Part shown: piece after piece, positions 1 through 12,320 of the stretch
Numbering within the stretch: the stretch's first letter is position 1
How the letters are laid out: every line of letters starts with the position of its first letter
DNA from: Actinomycetota bacterium
GTDB taxonomy: Bacteria > Actinomycetota > Acidimicrobiia > Spongiisociales > UBA11373
DNA: 64,000 nucleotides
Reading direction: 5' to 3'
NCBI GenBank assembly: GCA_020444505.1
Contig: JAHLKU010000004.1
Location: forward strand, 13,885-77,884
Made by a program: the position numbers and the translations under genes
The notes under the pieces: generated by a model
Told to the model about the DNA's origin: nothing
Database searches by the model: none
What the model saw: only the letters and a program-made list of their open reading frames with translations

Positions 1-544
1 CGTAGAAGGCCAGCAGGATCATGCCCTCGGCCACGGTCTGCTGCGTGGCGGCGATCGCCAGGATCGAGGCGAGCGTCGGCCCGATGCACGGCGTCCAGCC
101 GAACCCGAAGGCGACACCCATCACCGGCGGGGCCCACGCGCCGAGGCGGGAGGGGCGCACCTCCATCCGGCGCTCCCGCATGAACGGCATGAGGAAGGTG
201 GGGTTCCACAGCGCGGTGACGGCGATGAACAGGCCGAGCACGATGATCAGGATGCCCCCGACGGTGTTGGTGAGGTCGCTGTTGCGCAGCAGGGTGCGCC
301 CGAACGTGGTCGCGGTCGCCCCCAGGGCCACGAACACGGCGGTGAACCCCATCACGAACAGGAGCGACACCCGCAGCATCCTGCGGCTCGACGTGTCGCC
401 CTCTGCGATCTCCTGCGCCGAGTACCCGGACATCATCGAGAGGTACCCCGGCAGCAACGGGAGCACGCACGGGGAGAGGAACGACGCCGCGCCGAACACG
501 AAGGCGATCAGCAGGCTGGCGAGGTTGAAGCTCTCGATCTCCAC
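1..544 (-). CDS. ccdA: cytochrome c-type biogenesis protein CcdA (DsbD family), partial; C-terminus lies beyond the window start
   Basis: Reverse-complement translation gives a multi-TM protein with the hallmark SPCVLPLLPGYLSMMSGY motif and ...LAIAATQQTVAEGMILLAFY; a GTG start near 544. Not in the ORF track because it is cut by the window edge. The track ORF 21..1895 N-terminal extension is the antisense of this gene. Confidence 0.6.
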   Translation of the reverse strand, partial: MEIESFNLASLLIAFVFGAASFLSPCVLPLLPGYLSMMSGYSAQEIAEGDTSSRRMLRVSLLFVMGFTAVFVALGATATTFGRTLLRNSDLTNTVGGILIIVLGLFIAVTALWNPTFLMPFMRERRMEVRPSRLGAWAPPVMGVAFGFGWTPCIGPTLASILAIAATQQTVAEGMILLAFY

Positions 545-620
545 GGTCTGGGCTCCACTCGTCGGGGTCGGGGCGTACAACGGTACCGCGAGGCATCGTG
601 TTCCCGGTACGCTCCCGCCG

Positions 621-1895
621 ATGCCCCCGTCCCGGCCCGGCCTGCTGCGCCACCTCCGCCCGCCCGTCCCCATGGAGCGGCGCGAGCTCGGCATCCTGGC
701 GCTCTTCGCGGTGATCACCTTCACACAGGGCTGGAGCGGCACCGTCCTCACCCACGCCCTCCCCTTCCTGCGGGACGCCTTCGGCCTCAGCGACGGCGCG
801 GTCTTCGGGCTGCTGTCGGTGGTGCGGGCGGTCGCGCTGGTGGGCCTGCTGCTCGCCTGGTGGGGCGACCACCGCGGCCGGCGCGTGCCTCTGGTGGTCG
901 GCCTGGTGGTGCTGCTGGTGGGCAACCTGGCATCGGCCTTCGCCCCCTCGTACGCCGCCGTCCTGTGGTTCCAGGCCGCCGCCCGTATCGGGGGCACCGC
1001 TCTCGGGGCGCTGGTGATCGTGGTGCTGGCCGAGGAGCTCCGCCCGGAGGTGCGCTCGTACGGCCTGGCGCTGGCGGCCATGTTCGTCGCCGTCGGCACC
1101 GGGTTCGGCCTGCTGCTGCGGACCCTGGTCGAGGGGTCGCCCGACGATTGGCGGCTGCTGTTCGGCCTGTCCTCGGCGCCGCTGCTCGCGGTGCCCCTGG
1201 TGCTGCGCCGCCTGCAGGAATCGCGGGCCTACCGGCCCAGAGACGTCCGGCCGCCCCTGGCCGACGTGTTCCGTGCCGGGCTGGCCCGGTGGTTCTGGCC
1301 GATGGCGCTGCTGTCGATGGCCGTCTCCGCCTTCACCGGCCCCGCCGCCAACCTCGCCCTGGTGCGCGTGGAGAACGAGCTGGGCTGGTCGGCGGCGGCC
1401 GGCTCGCTCATGCTGGCGCTCACCAGCGCCCCCGGCGTGATCCTGGGGCTGTTGCTCGGCGGCCGGCTCGCCGACGTCCTCGGCCGGCGCCCCACCGAGG
1501 TGGTGGCTGCGTTCGTCGGGGTGGGTGGCGGCCTCGTCTTCTACTTCACCACCGTGCCCTGGGTGATGAGCCTGGGGATCTTCGTGTCCATGGTGGGCTC
1601 GTTCGCCTTCGGGCCGGCGTTCGGCGCCCACCGCACCGAGCTGTTCCCCACCCGGATCCGGGCCACGGCCGGGGCGTGGATGGTCAACGCCAGCATCCTG
1701 GGCGCCCTCGCCGGGTTCGCCGCAGGTGCCTTCGTCGTCGACCGCTGGGGGATCTCGCTCACCATCGCCGCCCTCGGCGGGCTGCTGCTGGCGGCCACGT
1801 CGCTGCTGCTGCTGGTCCCCGAGACCCGTGGCGCCGACCTCACGCTGGACGACGAAGCGGACCCCGCTGGCTGGCCCGGCGCCATGCCAGGGTGA
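621..1895 (+). CDS. MFS family transporter
   Basis: 12-TM-like hydrophobic profile with MFS-like motifs (GLLSVVRAVALVGLLLAWWGDHRGRR, LVVGLVVLLVGNLASAFAP). ATG at 621 or 672; the upstream part of track ORF 21..1895 is a non-coding read-through. Confidence 0.7.
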   Translation: MPPSRPGLLRHLRPPVPMERRELGILALFAVITFTQGWSGTVLTHALPFLRDAFGLSDGAVFGLLSVVRAVALVGLLLAWWGDHRGRRVPLVVGLVVLLVGNLASAFAPSYAAVLWFQAAARIGGTALGALVIVVLAEELRPEVRSYGLALAAMFVAVGTGFGLLLRTLVEGSPDDWRLLFGLSSAPLLAVPLVLRRLQESRAYRPRDVRPPLADVFRAGLARWFWPMALLSMAVSAFTGPAANLALVRVENELGWSAAAGSLMLALTSAPGVILGLLLGGRLADVLGRRPTEVVAAFVGVGGGLVFYFTTVPWVMSLGIFVSMVGSFAFGPAFGAHRTELFPTRIRATAGAWMVNASILGALAGFAAGAFVVDRWGISLTIAALGGLLLAATSLLLLVPETRGADLTLDDEADPAGWPGAMPG

Positions 1896-3180
1896 CCACC
1901 CGCCCCGCCATCAGCGCCGCCACCGACCACCACACCCCCGCCAGGCCCCACCCCAGCGGAAGCACCATGGCCAGCAGGGCGATCGACACGACCGAGGCGC
2001 CCAGCGTCGCCATCGCCAGGAAACCGAAGTCGCCGGCACCCAGGAACACGCCGTCCCACACGAACACCAGGGCCGACAGCGGCAGCCCCAGGACCAGGAA
2101 CCAGTAGATCCCCCGCACGGCGGCCACCACCTCCGGTTCGGTGGTGAACCACCCGGGGAGCCACGGGGCGGCAGCGGCGACCAGCGCCGCCAGGGCCAGT
2201 CCCACCACCAGGCCCAGCACCGCCAGGCGGTCGGCCACCTCCCGGGTGGCCTCCGGGTCGCCGGCGCCGCGGTGCCGGCCGATCAGCGCCTGGGCGGCGA
2301 TGGCCAGGGCGTCGACGGCCAGCGCCAGGAACAGCCACACCTGAAAGGCGATCTGATGGGCCGCCACCGAGGTGGAGGCGGGGCGTCCGATGCGGGTGGC
2401 GACCGCGGTGGCCACCGTGAACACGGCGAGCAGGGAGACCGTCCTGATGAGGATGTCCCGCCCCGCGCTCAGGAAGGGGCGGACGGTGGCCGCCGGGGGC
2501 AGGCCGGGGTGGATGCCCATGGCCTCACGGCGGGTGCCTCCCAGCAGCCACCCGAACCACACCGCCCCCACCCATTGCGCCGCGACCGTCGCCCAGGCGG
2601 CTCCTGCCACGCCCCAGCCGAGGCCGAAGATGAGCAGCGGGTCGAGCACCAGGTTCACCCCGTTGATGCCGAGGGTCACCACCAGCGGCGTGCGGGTGTC
2701 CTGGTGGCCCCGGAAGATGCCGTGCCCGCTGCGCACCACCAGCACCGCCGGGGCGGCGAGCGCCCGGATGCGGATGTAGGTCTGCGCCTCGACCGCCAGG
2801 TTCCCCCCGGCGCCCATGGCGGACAGGATCGGCCCGGTGAGCGCCACCAGCACCGCCGTCACCAGCACGCCCCCGGCCACGGCGGTGGCCAGCGCCGCCA
2901 CCGCCGACCTCCCTGCGGCCTCCCGGTCGCCCGCCCCCACGGCCGCCGCCACCAGGCTGGTGGTGGCGTACTCGAGGAAGTTGAACGCGAAGAACGCCAA
3001 GCCGAACACCGCTGCCGACACCCCCAGCGCCCCGAGGGCGTCCTCCCCCAGCCTGCCCACGAAGGCGGTGTCCACCAGGCTCAGCACCGGGTCGGCCACC
3101 AGCGCGCCCAGAGCCGGGATGGCGAGGGCGGCGATCGCACGGTCGTGCCCGGTCCGCAGGGACCAGGCGCGCGGGGTCAC
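1840..3180 (-). CDS. MATE family efflux transporter
   Basis: MATE-like N-terminus (AIAALAIPALGALVADPVLSLVDTAFVGRLG) and 12 TM segments. GTG start overlaps the nth stop (GTGA). Confidence 0.75.
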   Translation of the reverse strand: MTPRAWSLRTGHDRAIAALAIPALGALVADPVLSLVDTAFVGRLGEDALGALGVSAAVFGLAFFAFNFLEYATTSLVAAAVGAGDREAAGRSAVAALATAVAGGVLVTAVLVALTGPILSAMGAGGNLAVEAQTYIRIRALAAPAVLVVRSGHGIFRGHQDTRTPLVVTLGINGVNLVLDPLLIFGLGWGVAGAAWATVAAQWVGAVWFGWLLGGTRREAMGIHPGLPPAATVRPFLSAGRDILIRTVSLLAVFTVATAVATRIGRPASTSVAAHQIAFQVWLFLALAVDALAIAAQALIGRHRGAGDPEATREVADRLAVLGLVVGLALAALVAAAAPWLPGWFTTEPEVVAAVRGIYWFLVLGLPLSALVFVWDGVFLGAGDFGFLAMATLGASVVSIALLAMVLPLGWGLAGVWWSVAALMAGRVVTLAWRRASQRGPLRRPA

Positions 3181-3836
3181 GGACCGTCCGCCTTGTCGGG
3201 GTAGGCGCACCGGTCCCGCAGCGGGCACTCCCAGCACCGCGGGGCCTTGGCGTCGCACACCTCACGGCCGAACTGGATGTACCGCATGGAGATGCCCGTC
3301 CACTCCCGCTCCGGGTAGAGGGAGCGCAGGGCGTGCTCGATCTTGGTGGGGTCCTGCTCGTCCACGAGGCCGAGGCGGTTGGCGACCCGCTTGACGTGGG
3401 TGTCGACGGCGATGGCCGGGATGCCGAACGCCTCGGCCAGCACGACGCTCGCCGTCTTCCTGCCGACGCCGCGCAGGCGCACGAGCTCGTCGAGGTCGGC
3501 CGGCACGACGCCGTCGTGGCGCTCCATCAGGTCGGCGCTGAGCGCCTGGATGGACGCCGTCTTCTGCCGGTAGAACCCGGTGGAGAAGATGGCCTGCTCC
3601 ACCTCTTCGGGGTCGGCTGCGGCCAGGTCGGCGGGCCCCGGCCAGCGCCGGAAGAGCCCGGGCGTGACCTTGTTCACCTGCTCGTCGGTGGTCTGGGCGC
3701 TCATCACCGTGGCCACCAGCAGCTGCCATGGATCTCGATAGGCGAGCGCGGTCCCGATGTCGGGATACCGCTTCTTCAAGCGGTTCAGGATCGTCCGCGC
3801 CGCGCGGCGCTCCTCGGCGGTGGGCTCTCCCGGCAT
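3177..3836 (-). CDS. nth: endonuclease III (DNA glycosylase/AP lyase)
   Basis: HhH-GPD motifs (LVATVMSAQTTDEQVNKVT, LVRLRGVGRKTASVVL) and the C-terminal 4Fe-4S cluster CDAKAPRCWECPLRDRC. Start at MPGEPTAEERRAA (ATG about 3836). Confidence 0.85.
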   Translation of the reverse strand: MPGEPTAEERRAARTILNRLKKRYPDIGTALAYRDPWQLLVATVMSAQTTDEQVNKVTPGLFRRWPGPADLAAADPEEVEQAIFSTGFYRQKTASIQALSADLMERHDGVVPADLDELVRLRGVGRKTASVVLAEAFGIPAIAVDTHVKRVANRLGLVDEQDPTKIEHALRSLYPEREWTGISMRYIQFGREVCDAKAPRCWECPLRDRCAYPDKADGP

Positions 3837-3960
3837 GGGGAGCGATGGTACCGCCCCCTCCGGTGCGGTAGCCTGCGGCCACGTTGGCCAGCCGCATCGA
3901 CCCCGGAGCGCCGCAGGGACCCGCCGCAGGGACCCGTCCCGGGCGTGCGGGGAGCGCACC

Positions 3961-4539
3961 GTGACGCCCGGCGCCGACCTCCTGCGTTCCGCCGTCCTCT
4001 CCGAGGGCCGCGTGGAGGGCTCGCTGCTCATGGTCGACGGCTTCCTGAACCATCGCGTCGACCCTCCGCTGCTCCGTGGCGTCGGGGAGGACCTCGCCGA
4101 TCGCTTCCGCTCCGAACAGCCCGACCTGGTGCTCACCGCAGAGGCCAGCGGCATCCCGCCCGCCATCTTCAGCGCGGCCCACCTCGGCGTCCCTCTCATC
4201 TACGCCAAGAAGTACCTCGGCCCGGGCGACCGCCACGTGTTCTCCAGGGAGGTGGTCTCCCCCACCCGGGGCGCCGAGTACCGGGTGGAGATCTCACGCC
4301 GGGTGCTCGGCGCCGGGCACCGCGTGCTCGTCGTCGACGACTTCCTGGCGGGCGGCCGCACCGCCGAGGCGCTGGGTGAGATCGCCGAGGAGGCCGCCTG
4401 CACCGTGGTGGGCCTCGGGTTCGCGATCGAGAAGCAGTTCACCGGCGGGCGCGATCGGCTCGAGGCGCACGGGTGGAGGGTCGAGTCGCTCGTCGCCGTC
4501 GCCTCCCTCGAAGGCGGGCAGGTCTCACTCGCCGGTTGA
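3961..4539 (+). CDS. xpt: xanthine phosphoribosyltransferase
   Basis: XPRT-like sequence (LLRSAVLSEGRVEGSLLMVDGFLNHRVDP ... HRVLVVDDFLAGGRTAEAL PRPP-binding motif). GTG start at 3961. Confidence 0.8.
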   Translation: MTPGADLLRSAVLSEGRVEGSLLMVDGFLNHRVDPPLLRGVGEDLADRFRSEQPDLVLTAEASGIPPAIFSAAHLGVPLIYAKKYLGPGDRHVFSREVVSPTRGAEYRVEISRRVLGAGHRVLVVDDFLAGGRTAEALGEIAEEAACTVVGLGFAIEKQFTGGRDRLEAHGWRVESLVAVASLEGGQVSLAG

Positions 4540-5016
4540 GCCGGCCCCTGCCGCCGGGTCGGCACCGGCCCGGAGCGACCACCACCACACTGCCCCCGCC
4601 AGGGCCACCGCCCACGCCCCGGCGCCCAGCAGGTACCCGGCGCCGGGTGCGGTGCCGATGAGCCCGGCCCCGCGGAGGGCGGCGTCCAGGAGCGCCGCGG
4701 AGGATGCAGCGGTGTCCCTCGCCAGCACCAGCACAGCCAGGCCCGAGAACGCAGCGACGCCGGCCGCAGCAGCACCGGGCCTCCGCCCGGCGACGGCGGC
4801 GACCGATGCCCCCAGCACCGAGGCTGCCGTGACGGCGCGCCATCCGGTGGCCATCGCCCCCCACACCGAGGGCACGCCTGCGCCCGCTGCGGCGGTGATG
4901 GCCGCCGTGTCTCCCGCCAGCGACGGGAGGAGCAGCGTGGCGGCCGCGGCCGCGGCCCCTGCGGCGACGACGGCTCTCGCTGCGTGCATCGGCTCCCCCG
5001 CGGGTGACGCCCGCAC
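4525..5016 (-). CDS. hypothetical Ala/Gly-rich membrane protein
   Basis: Track ORF; hydrophobic Ala-rich segments; no recognisable family; could be a frame artefact. Confidence 0.3.
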   Translation of the reverse strand: MRASPAGEPMHAARAVVAAGAAAAAATLLLPSLAGDTAAITAAAGAGVPSVWGAMATGWRAVTAASVLGASVAAVAGRRPGAAAAGVAAFSGLAVLVLARDTAASSAALLDAALRGAGLIGTAPGAGYLLGAGAWAVALAGAVWWWSLRAGADPAAGAGSTGE

Positions 5017-5136
5017 CGAGGCTAGAGACCGGCGGCTGCAGCCGTCGCCGCGGTGCCGGGGGCCCCGGCGCGGACTCCCGAGCCGGGGCCGCTAGGCTCG
5101 CGCCCCGCACCACCGGGGAATCGAGTGGATCGCTTC

Positions 5137-5901
5137 ATGAACCCAGCCGCGCGACGAGGGCCGTCCACCCTGGCCTTCCACGTGTCCCGCATCGTCATCG
5201 ATGCCGGGGTGCTGCTCGCCATGGTGGCCATGAACCTCTCCTTCGTCACCAGCGACACGATCACCAAGAACTCGGTCGGCGCCGACGCCCTCCCCGTGAT
5301 CCTGCTGCTGGCGCCGGTGTTCGTCGCGACCCTGATCCCCGATCACTCCCGGCCCATGCCCGCCGTGGTGGCGTGGATCTCGCTCGGGCTCGGTGCCGCC
5401 GCCTTCCCCTTCGCGATCGTGAAGTACCTGGACGCCTCCAACCTGGCCGCCACCGTGGACGGCAGCGTCGGCTTCGGGGCCCGCCTGCTGGTGTTCGGCA
5501 CGTTCGTCACCATCGCCGGCATCGGGATCGGCCTGGCGGGCTCGCTGCTGCGGGTTCCCGGCCGTCCCCGGCAGGCCCGGACGGGTCCCGTCCGCGCCCG
5601 GCAGCCCCAGGCACCCCGCGCCCGCCGCCAGCCCGGCGCCGCCCGGCGCACCGCCCCCTCGGCGCAACAGGCGCCCCGGGCGCAGACAGCCGAGCCGCAG
5701 CAGGCACCCCGCGGCGGGCAAGCTCCCGCCGCACCCGCAGCGCGCGCACGCACGCAGGACCCCGCCGGGTCCCAGGCCGCAGGGAGGGACGCCAGGGCCC
5801 GGCGTGCCGCCGACCCACGCCGCCGGTCGGGCGGCGCCGCAGCCCCTCCCCCCCGGCGGGTGCGGCCCCAGGAGCCGCCTGCGGATCGGGACGGGGCGTA
5901 G
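5137..5901 (+). CDS. hypothetical membrane protein with Arg/Pro/Gln-rich disordered C-terminal tail
   Basis: ATG at 5137 (MNPAARRG); about 4 predicted TM segments followed by a low-complexity tail (QAPRAQTAEPQQAPRGGQAPAAP...). Confidence 0.4.
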   Translation: MNPAARRGPSTLAFHVSRIVIDAGVLLAMVAMNLSFVTSDTITKNSVGADALPVILLLAPVFVATLIPDHSRPMPAVVAWISLGLGAAAFPFAIVKYLDASNLAATVDGSVGFGARLLVFGTFVTIAGIGIGLAGSLLRVPGRPRQARTGPVRARQPQAPRARRQPGAARRTAPSAQQAPRAQTAEPQQAPRGGQAPAAPAARARTQDPAGSQAAGRDARARRAADPRRRSGGAAAPPPRRVRPQEPPADRDGA

Positions 5902-6279
5902 GTGCACCGCTCCCGCCGCCTCGCCCTCGCAGGGGCGCTGGTGGCGGCCGTCTCCCTTCCGCTCGCCTTCGTCGACCTCCCGGGCGTCGGCAGCGTCGGC
6001 GGCGTGGACGCCAAGGCATGGCCGGCGGTTGCCGCGCTGGCCGTCGTGGCCTTCGGGGCGATCCTCCCCGACCGCGCCGAACCGCCTCGCCGCGGCGTGG
6101 CCGCCGCCGGCGCCGCCACCGCCGCAGTGGCCCTCGCACTGACCGCCGCCAAGGTCGTCGATGCGTGGCGCGCCGCGTCGGAGGCGGGAGGCACGGTCGG
6201 GCCCGGGACGTGGGTGCTGGCGGGCGGCGCCCTGCTCGCCGCGGCCGGCGTCGCGGCCTCGTTCACCAGGAGGGTCTGA
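5902..6279 (+). CDS. hypothetical small membrane protein
   Basis: GTG start immediately after the previous ORF stop; 2-3 hydrophobic segments. Confidence 0.3.
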   Translation: MHRSRRLALAGALVAAVSLPLAFVDLPGVGSVGGVDAKAWPAVAALAVVAFGAILPDRAEPPRRGVAAAGAATAAVALALTAAKVVDAWRAASEAGGTVGPGTWVLAGGALLAAAGVAASFTRRV

Positions 6280-6285
6280 GGCGGT

Positions 6286-6609
6286 TCAGGCGGGGGGCGG
6301 CGGCGGAGCGGTGTCGTACAACTCGCGTTCCTTGCGCCGCTCCACGATGCGTTGGGCGTGCAGCGCCAGGCGCAGCAGGAACAGCAGCAGGAAGAGCACC
6401 AGCGTCAGGGCCACGGCCAGTTCGGGACCGGCGAAGTACGACGCGTGGCACGACGCGATGCCGTCGGGGCAGAGCCCCCAGCCGTTGCCGCCGCCGACCA
6501 GGTCGAGCAGCACCAGCATCGGCAGGAGCGTCACCGCCACGATCAGGGTGAGCAGGGCGCCGATGACCACGCGAATCGCCGTCACGCGCCGCACCTTACC
6601 GACCCCCAC
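6286..6609 (-). CDS. hypothetical small membrane protein
   Basis: Track ORF with two clear TM helices (VIGALLTLIVAVTLLPMLVLLDLV; LAVALTLVLFLLLFLL). Confidence 0.3.
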   Translation of the reverse strand: MGVGKVRRVTAIRVVIGALLTLIVAVTLLPMLVLLDLVGGGNGWGLCPDGIASCHASYFAGPELAVALTLVLFLLLFLLRLALHAQRIVERRKERELYDTAPPPPPA

Positions 6610-6666
6610 CGCCCTCGGCGCGCGGTTGTCGGGCGCCGCCGGCGACTGCTACGTTGCCGTCCAGCC

Positions 6667-8346
6667 ATGCCGACCGCCCCTCCGCCAGCCGTCCCCCCCG
6701 CATCGCCGTACGCGGCCGAGGACTACACCCCGGCGGAGCAGGAGGTCCTGAGCCGGTACTTCACCGACGTCGAGGGGCCGGTGTTCGCCCTGGTCGGGCT
6801 GCCCGAGGTGGTGAAGGGCGCGCTGTTCGCCCGCTACAGCCGCACCACCAAGTCGCTCCGCCGCCTCTTCCTCGACGAGTTCTACGACGCCCCCGAGTCG
6901 GGCATCCGCGCCGTCGCCGAGCAGGTGTCGCCCGACGACCCCACCGTCGGCCGCGCCCGCGCCGAGGACCTGTTCCACCGGGTGTTCACCGACTACGGCG
7001 ACGACTCCGTGGCGCAACTCGGCGCCGCCCACCTGGCCTGCGAGCAGGCGTCCAATCTGCTGACCAAGGTGCTCGAGTGGGGGCGGATCGCCGCCTACCT
7101 CGAGCAGAGCACCCGCTACCTCTACTACGACCGACCGCTCGGCGGCCGCTACCGCTACCTGGTCCCCTCCGAGGCCGCCGCCGCCGGGCTGGACGACGAG
7201 TACCGGGCCGTCCTCGACCGCGCCTTCCGCACCTACTCGGACCTCACCGCGCCGATGACCGCGTACTACCGCACCCTGTTCCCCCAGCAGCCGGGCGACT
7301 CCGACTTCGTGTACCGCTCCACCATCAAGGCCAAGGTCTGCGACGACCTCCGGGGCCTGCTCCCTGCGGCGACGCTGAGCAGCGTCGGCATCCACGCCAG
7401 CGGGCAGGCGTACGAGATGCTGCTCATCCGCATGCTGGCGCACCCGCTGGAGGAGGTGCGCTGGTACGCCGGGCTCATGCTGGAGGAGCTCCGCAAGGTC
7501 ATCCCCTCGTTCCTTCGCCGCGTCGACCTCCCCGACCGGGGCGGCGCCTGGACCGCCTACCTCGCCGCCACGGCAGCGGCCGTGCGCTCCGCTGCCGCAG
7601 CGATCCCGGCGGCCCCCGAACCCCGGCCCGAGGTGACGCTGGTGGCGTGGGATCCCGACGCCGAGCGCAAGGTGGCCGCCGGGGCGCTGTATGCCGCCAC
7701 CGACCTGCCGGACGACCAGGTGGCCGCCTACGTCGCCGGCCTCCCCGACGAGGAGGTGGGGCGCATCCTGGCGCTCTACGCCGGGGAGCGGGGCAACCGC
7801 CGCCACAAGCCGGGGAGGGCGCTGGAGCGGGTCGCCTACCGCTTCGATGTCCTCTGCGACTACGGCATCTTCCGGGACCTGCAGCGCCACCGCATGCTCA
7901 CGCTGGAGTGGCAACGGCTCGGCACCGCCCACGGCTACGAGACGCCCGACGCCGTCGCCGAGATCGGGGCGCAGGCCGCGTGGGACGAGGTGATGGAGGC
8001 CGGGGCGGCACTCACCGCCCGTCTCGAGGGGGCCGCCGGCCCCGAGGCAGCCCAGTACGCCGTGCCGTTCGCCTACCGGGTCCGCTTCTTCCTCCACATG
8101 AACGCCCGCGAGGCATTCCACCTCCTGGAGCTGCGCACCGGGAGGGGAGGCCATCCCGGCTACCGCAGGGTCTGTCAGGAGATGCACCGCCTCATCGCCG
8201 AGCAGGCGGGCCACACCAGGCTGGCGGCGGCGATGCGGTACGTCGACTACGGCTCGGCCGACCTGGAGCGGCTCGACTCGGAGCGGCGCGCCGCGGCGCG
8301 CCGGGCCGCCGCCGGCCTCGCCGACCCGGACCCCGACGGGGCCTAG
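6667..8346 (+). CDS. ThyX-like (FAD-dependent thymidylate synthase / Thy1 family) protein, tandem-duplicated domain, 559 aa
   Basis: ATG at 6667 (MPTAPPPAVPP). N-half carries a ThyX-like ...HLACEQASN...AAYLEQSTRY segment (compare ThyX H..E.AS..F and SxSQxSxRY). C-half carries FDVLCDYGIFRDLQRHRMLTLEWQ (the ThyX RHR motif). Twice the size of canonical ThyX. Confidence 0.6.
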   Translation: MPTAPPPAVPPASPYAAEDYTPAEQEVLSRYFTDVEGPVFALVGLPEVVKGALFARYSRTTKSLRRLFLDEFYDAPESGIRAVAEQVSPDDPTVGRARAEDLFHRVFTDYGDDSVAQLGAAHLACEQASNLLTKVLEWGRIAAYLEQSTRYLYYDRPLGGRYRYLVPSEAAAAGLDDEYRAVLDRAFRTYSDLTAPMTAYYRTLFPQQPGDSDFVYRSTIKAKVCDDLRGLLPAATLSSVGIHASGQAYEMLLIRMLAHPLEEVRWYAGLMLEELRKVIPSFLRRVDLPDRGGAWTAYLAATAAAVRSAAAAIPAAPEPRPEVTLVAWDPDAERKVAAGALYAATDLPDDQVAAYVAGLPDEEVGRILALYAGERGNRRHKPGRALERVAYRFDVLCDYGIFRDLQRHRMLTLEWQRLGTAHGYETPDAVAEIGAQAAWDEVMEAGAALTARLEGAAGPEAAQYAVPFAYRVRFFLHMNAREAFHLLELRTGRGGHPGYRRVCQEMHRLIAEQAGHTRLAAAMRYVDYGSADLERLDSERRAAARRAAAGLADPDPDGA

Positions 8347-8558
8347 TCGCCGGCGAGGGGCAGCCGGAACACGAGCGTGCCGTCCTCGACCGCCCACGCC
8401 GCATCAGCGATCAGGCTGTAGTCCAGGAAGTCCTGCTCGGCGGATTCGATGAACGCCCTGCGGGCGTCGCCCTCGAGCGGCGGCACGCCGCGCTCCCGCA
8501 CGGCCTCGGCGCGTGCGCGGAACCTCGCCGTGAACGCATCGACGTCGAACGCTGTCAT
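8343..8558 (-). CDS. hypothetical small protein
   Basis: Track ORF; likely start MTAFDVDAFTARF; convergent with the ThyX-like gene. Confidence 0.35.
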   Translation of the reverse strand: MTAFDVDAFTARFRARAEAVRERGVPPLEGDARRAFIESAEQDFLDYSLIADAAWAVEDGTLVFRLPLAGD

Positions 8559-8619
8559 CGGATCCTCTCCCTCTCGTCGTCCGCCCCGCAGGCTAGAGCG
8601 CACCGTGCGCTCACCGGGA

Positions 8620-12129
<3,510 letters not shown>

Positions 12130-12320
12130 GCCGGAGGTGCCTCCCGTGAATCACAGACGTGTGAGACAGCCACGATACCAGCCGCCCCGCCGGCCGGGCC
12201 GGGCGGACGCCCGGCTCCCCACGCGGTTTCGTGGCGCCGGTCCGGCCCCGTACAATCCACCCCGCGGCAGACACCGCGAACCGCACCCGAGGGCCCACCG
12301 CGCCCAATCAGGAGGCAGCC

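Noticed and set aside
21-620. N-terminal 200 aa of track ORF 21..1895 (MPSATVCCVAAIARIEAS...)
   Set aside because: Low-complexity read-through that is antisense to a clear CcdA gene on the minus strand; the real MFS start is at about 621/672.
860-3265. Long overlapping ORFs 860..2107, 1726..3204, 2525..3265 (Arg/Gly/Pro-rich translations)
   Set aside because: Alternative frames of the MFS and MATE genes in 72% GC DNA; Arg/Pro/Gly-rich low-complexity translations with no family similarity.
3837-3960. Possible purine riboswitch upstream of xpt
   Set aside because: Inspected the 125-nt leader: no purine-riboswitch conserved loops (UAUA...U-rich junction); GC-rich with no matching structure.
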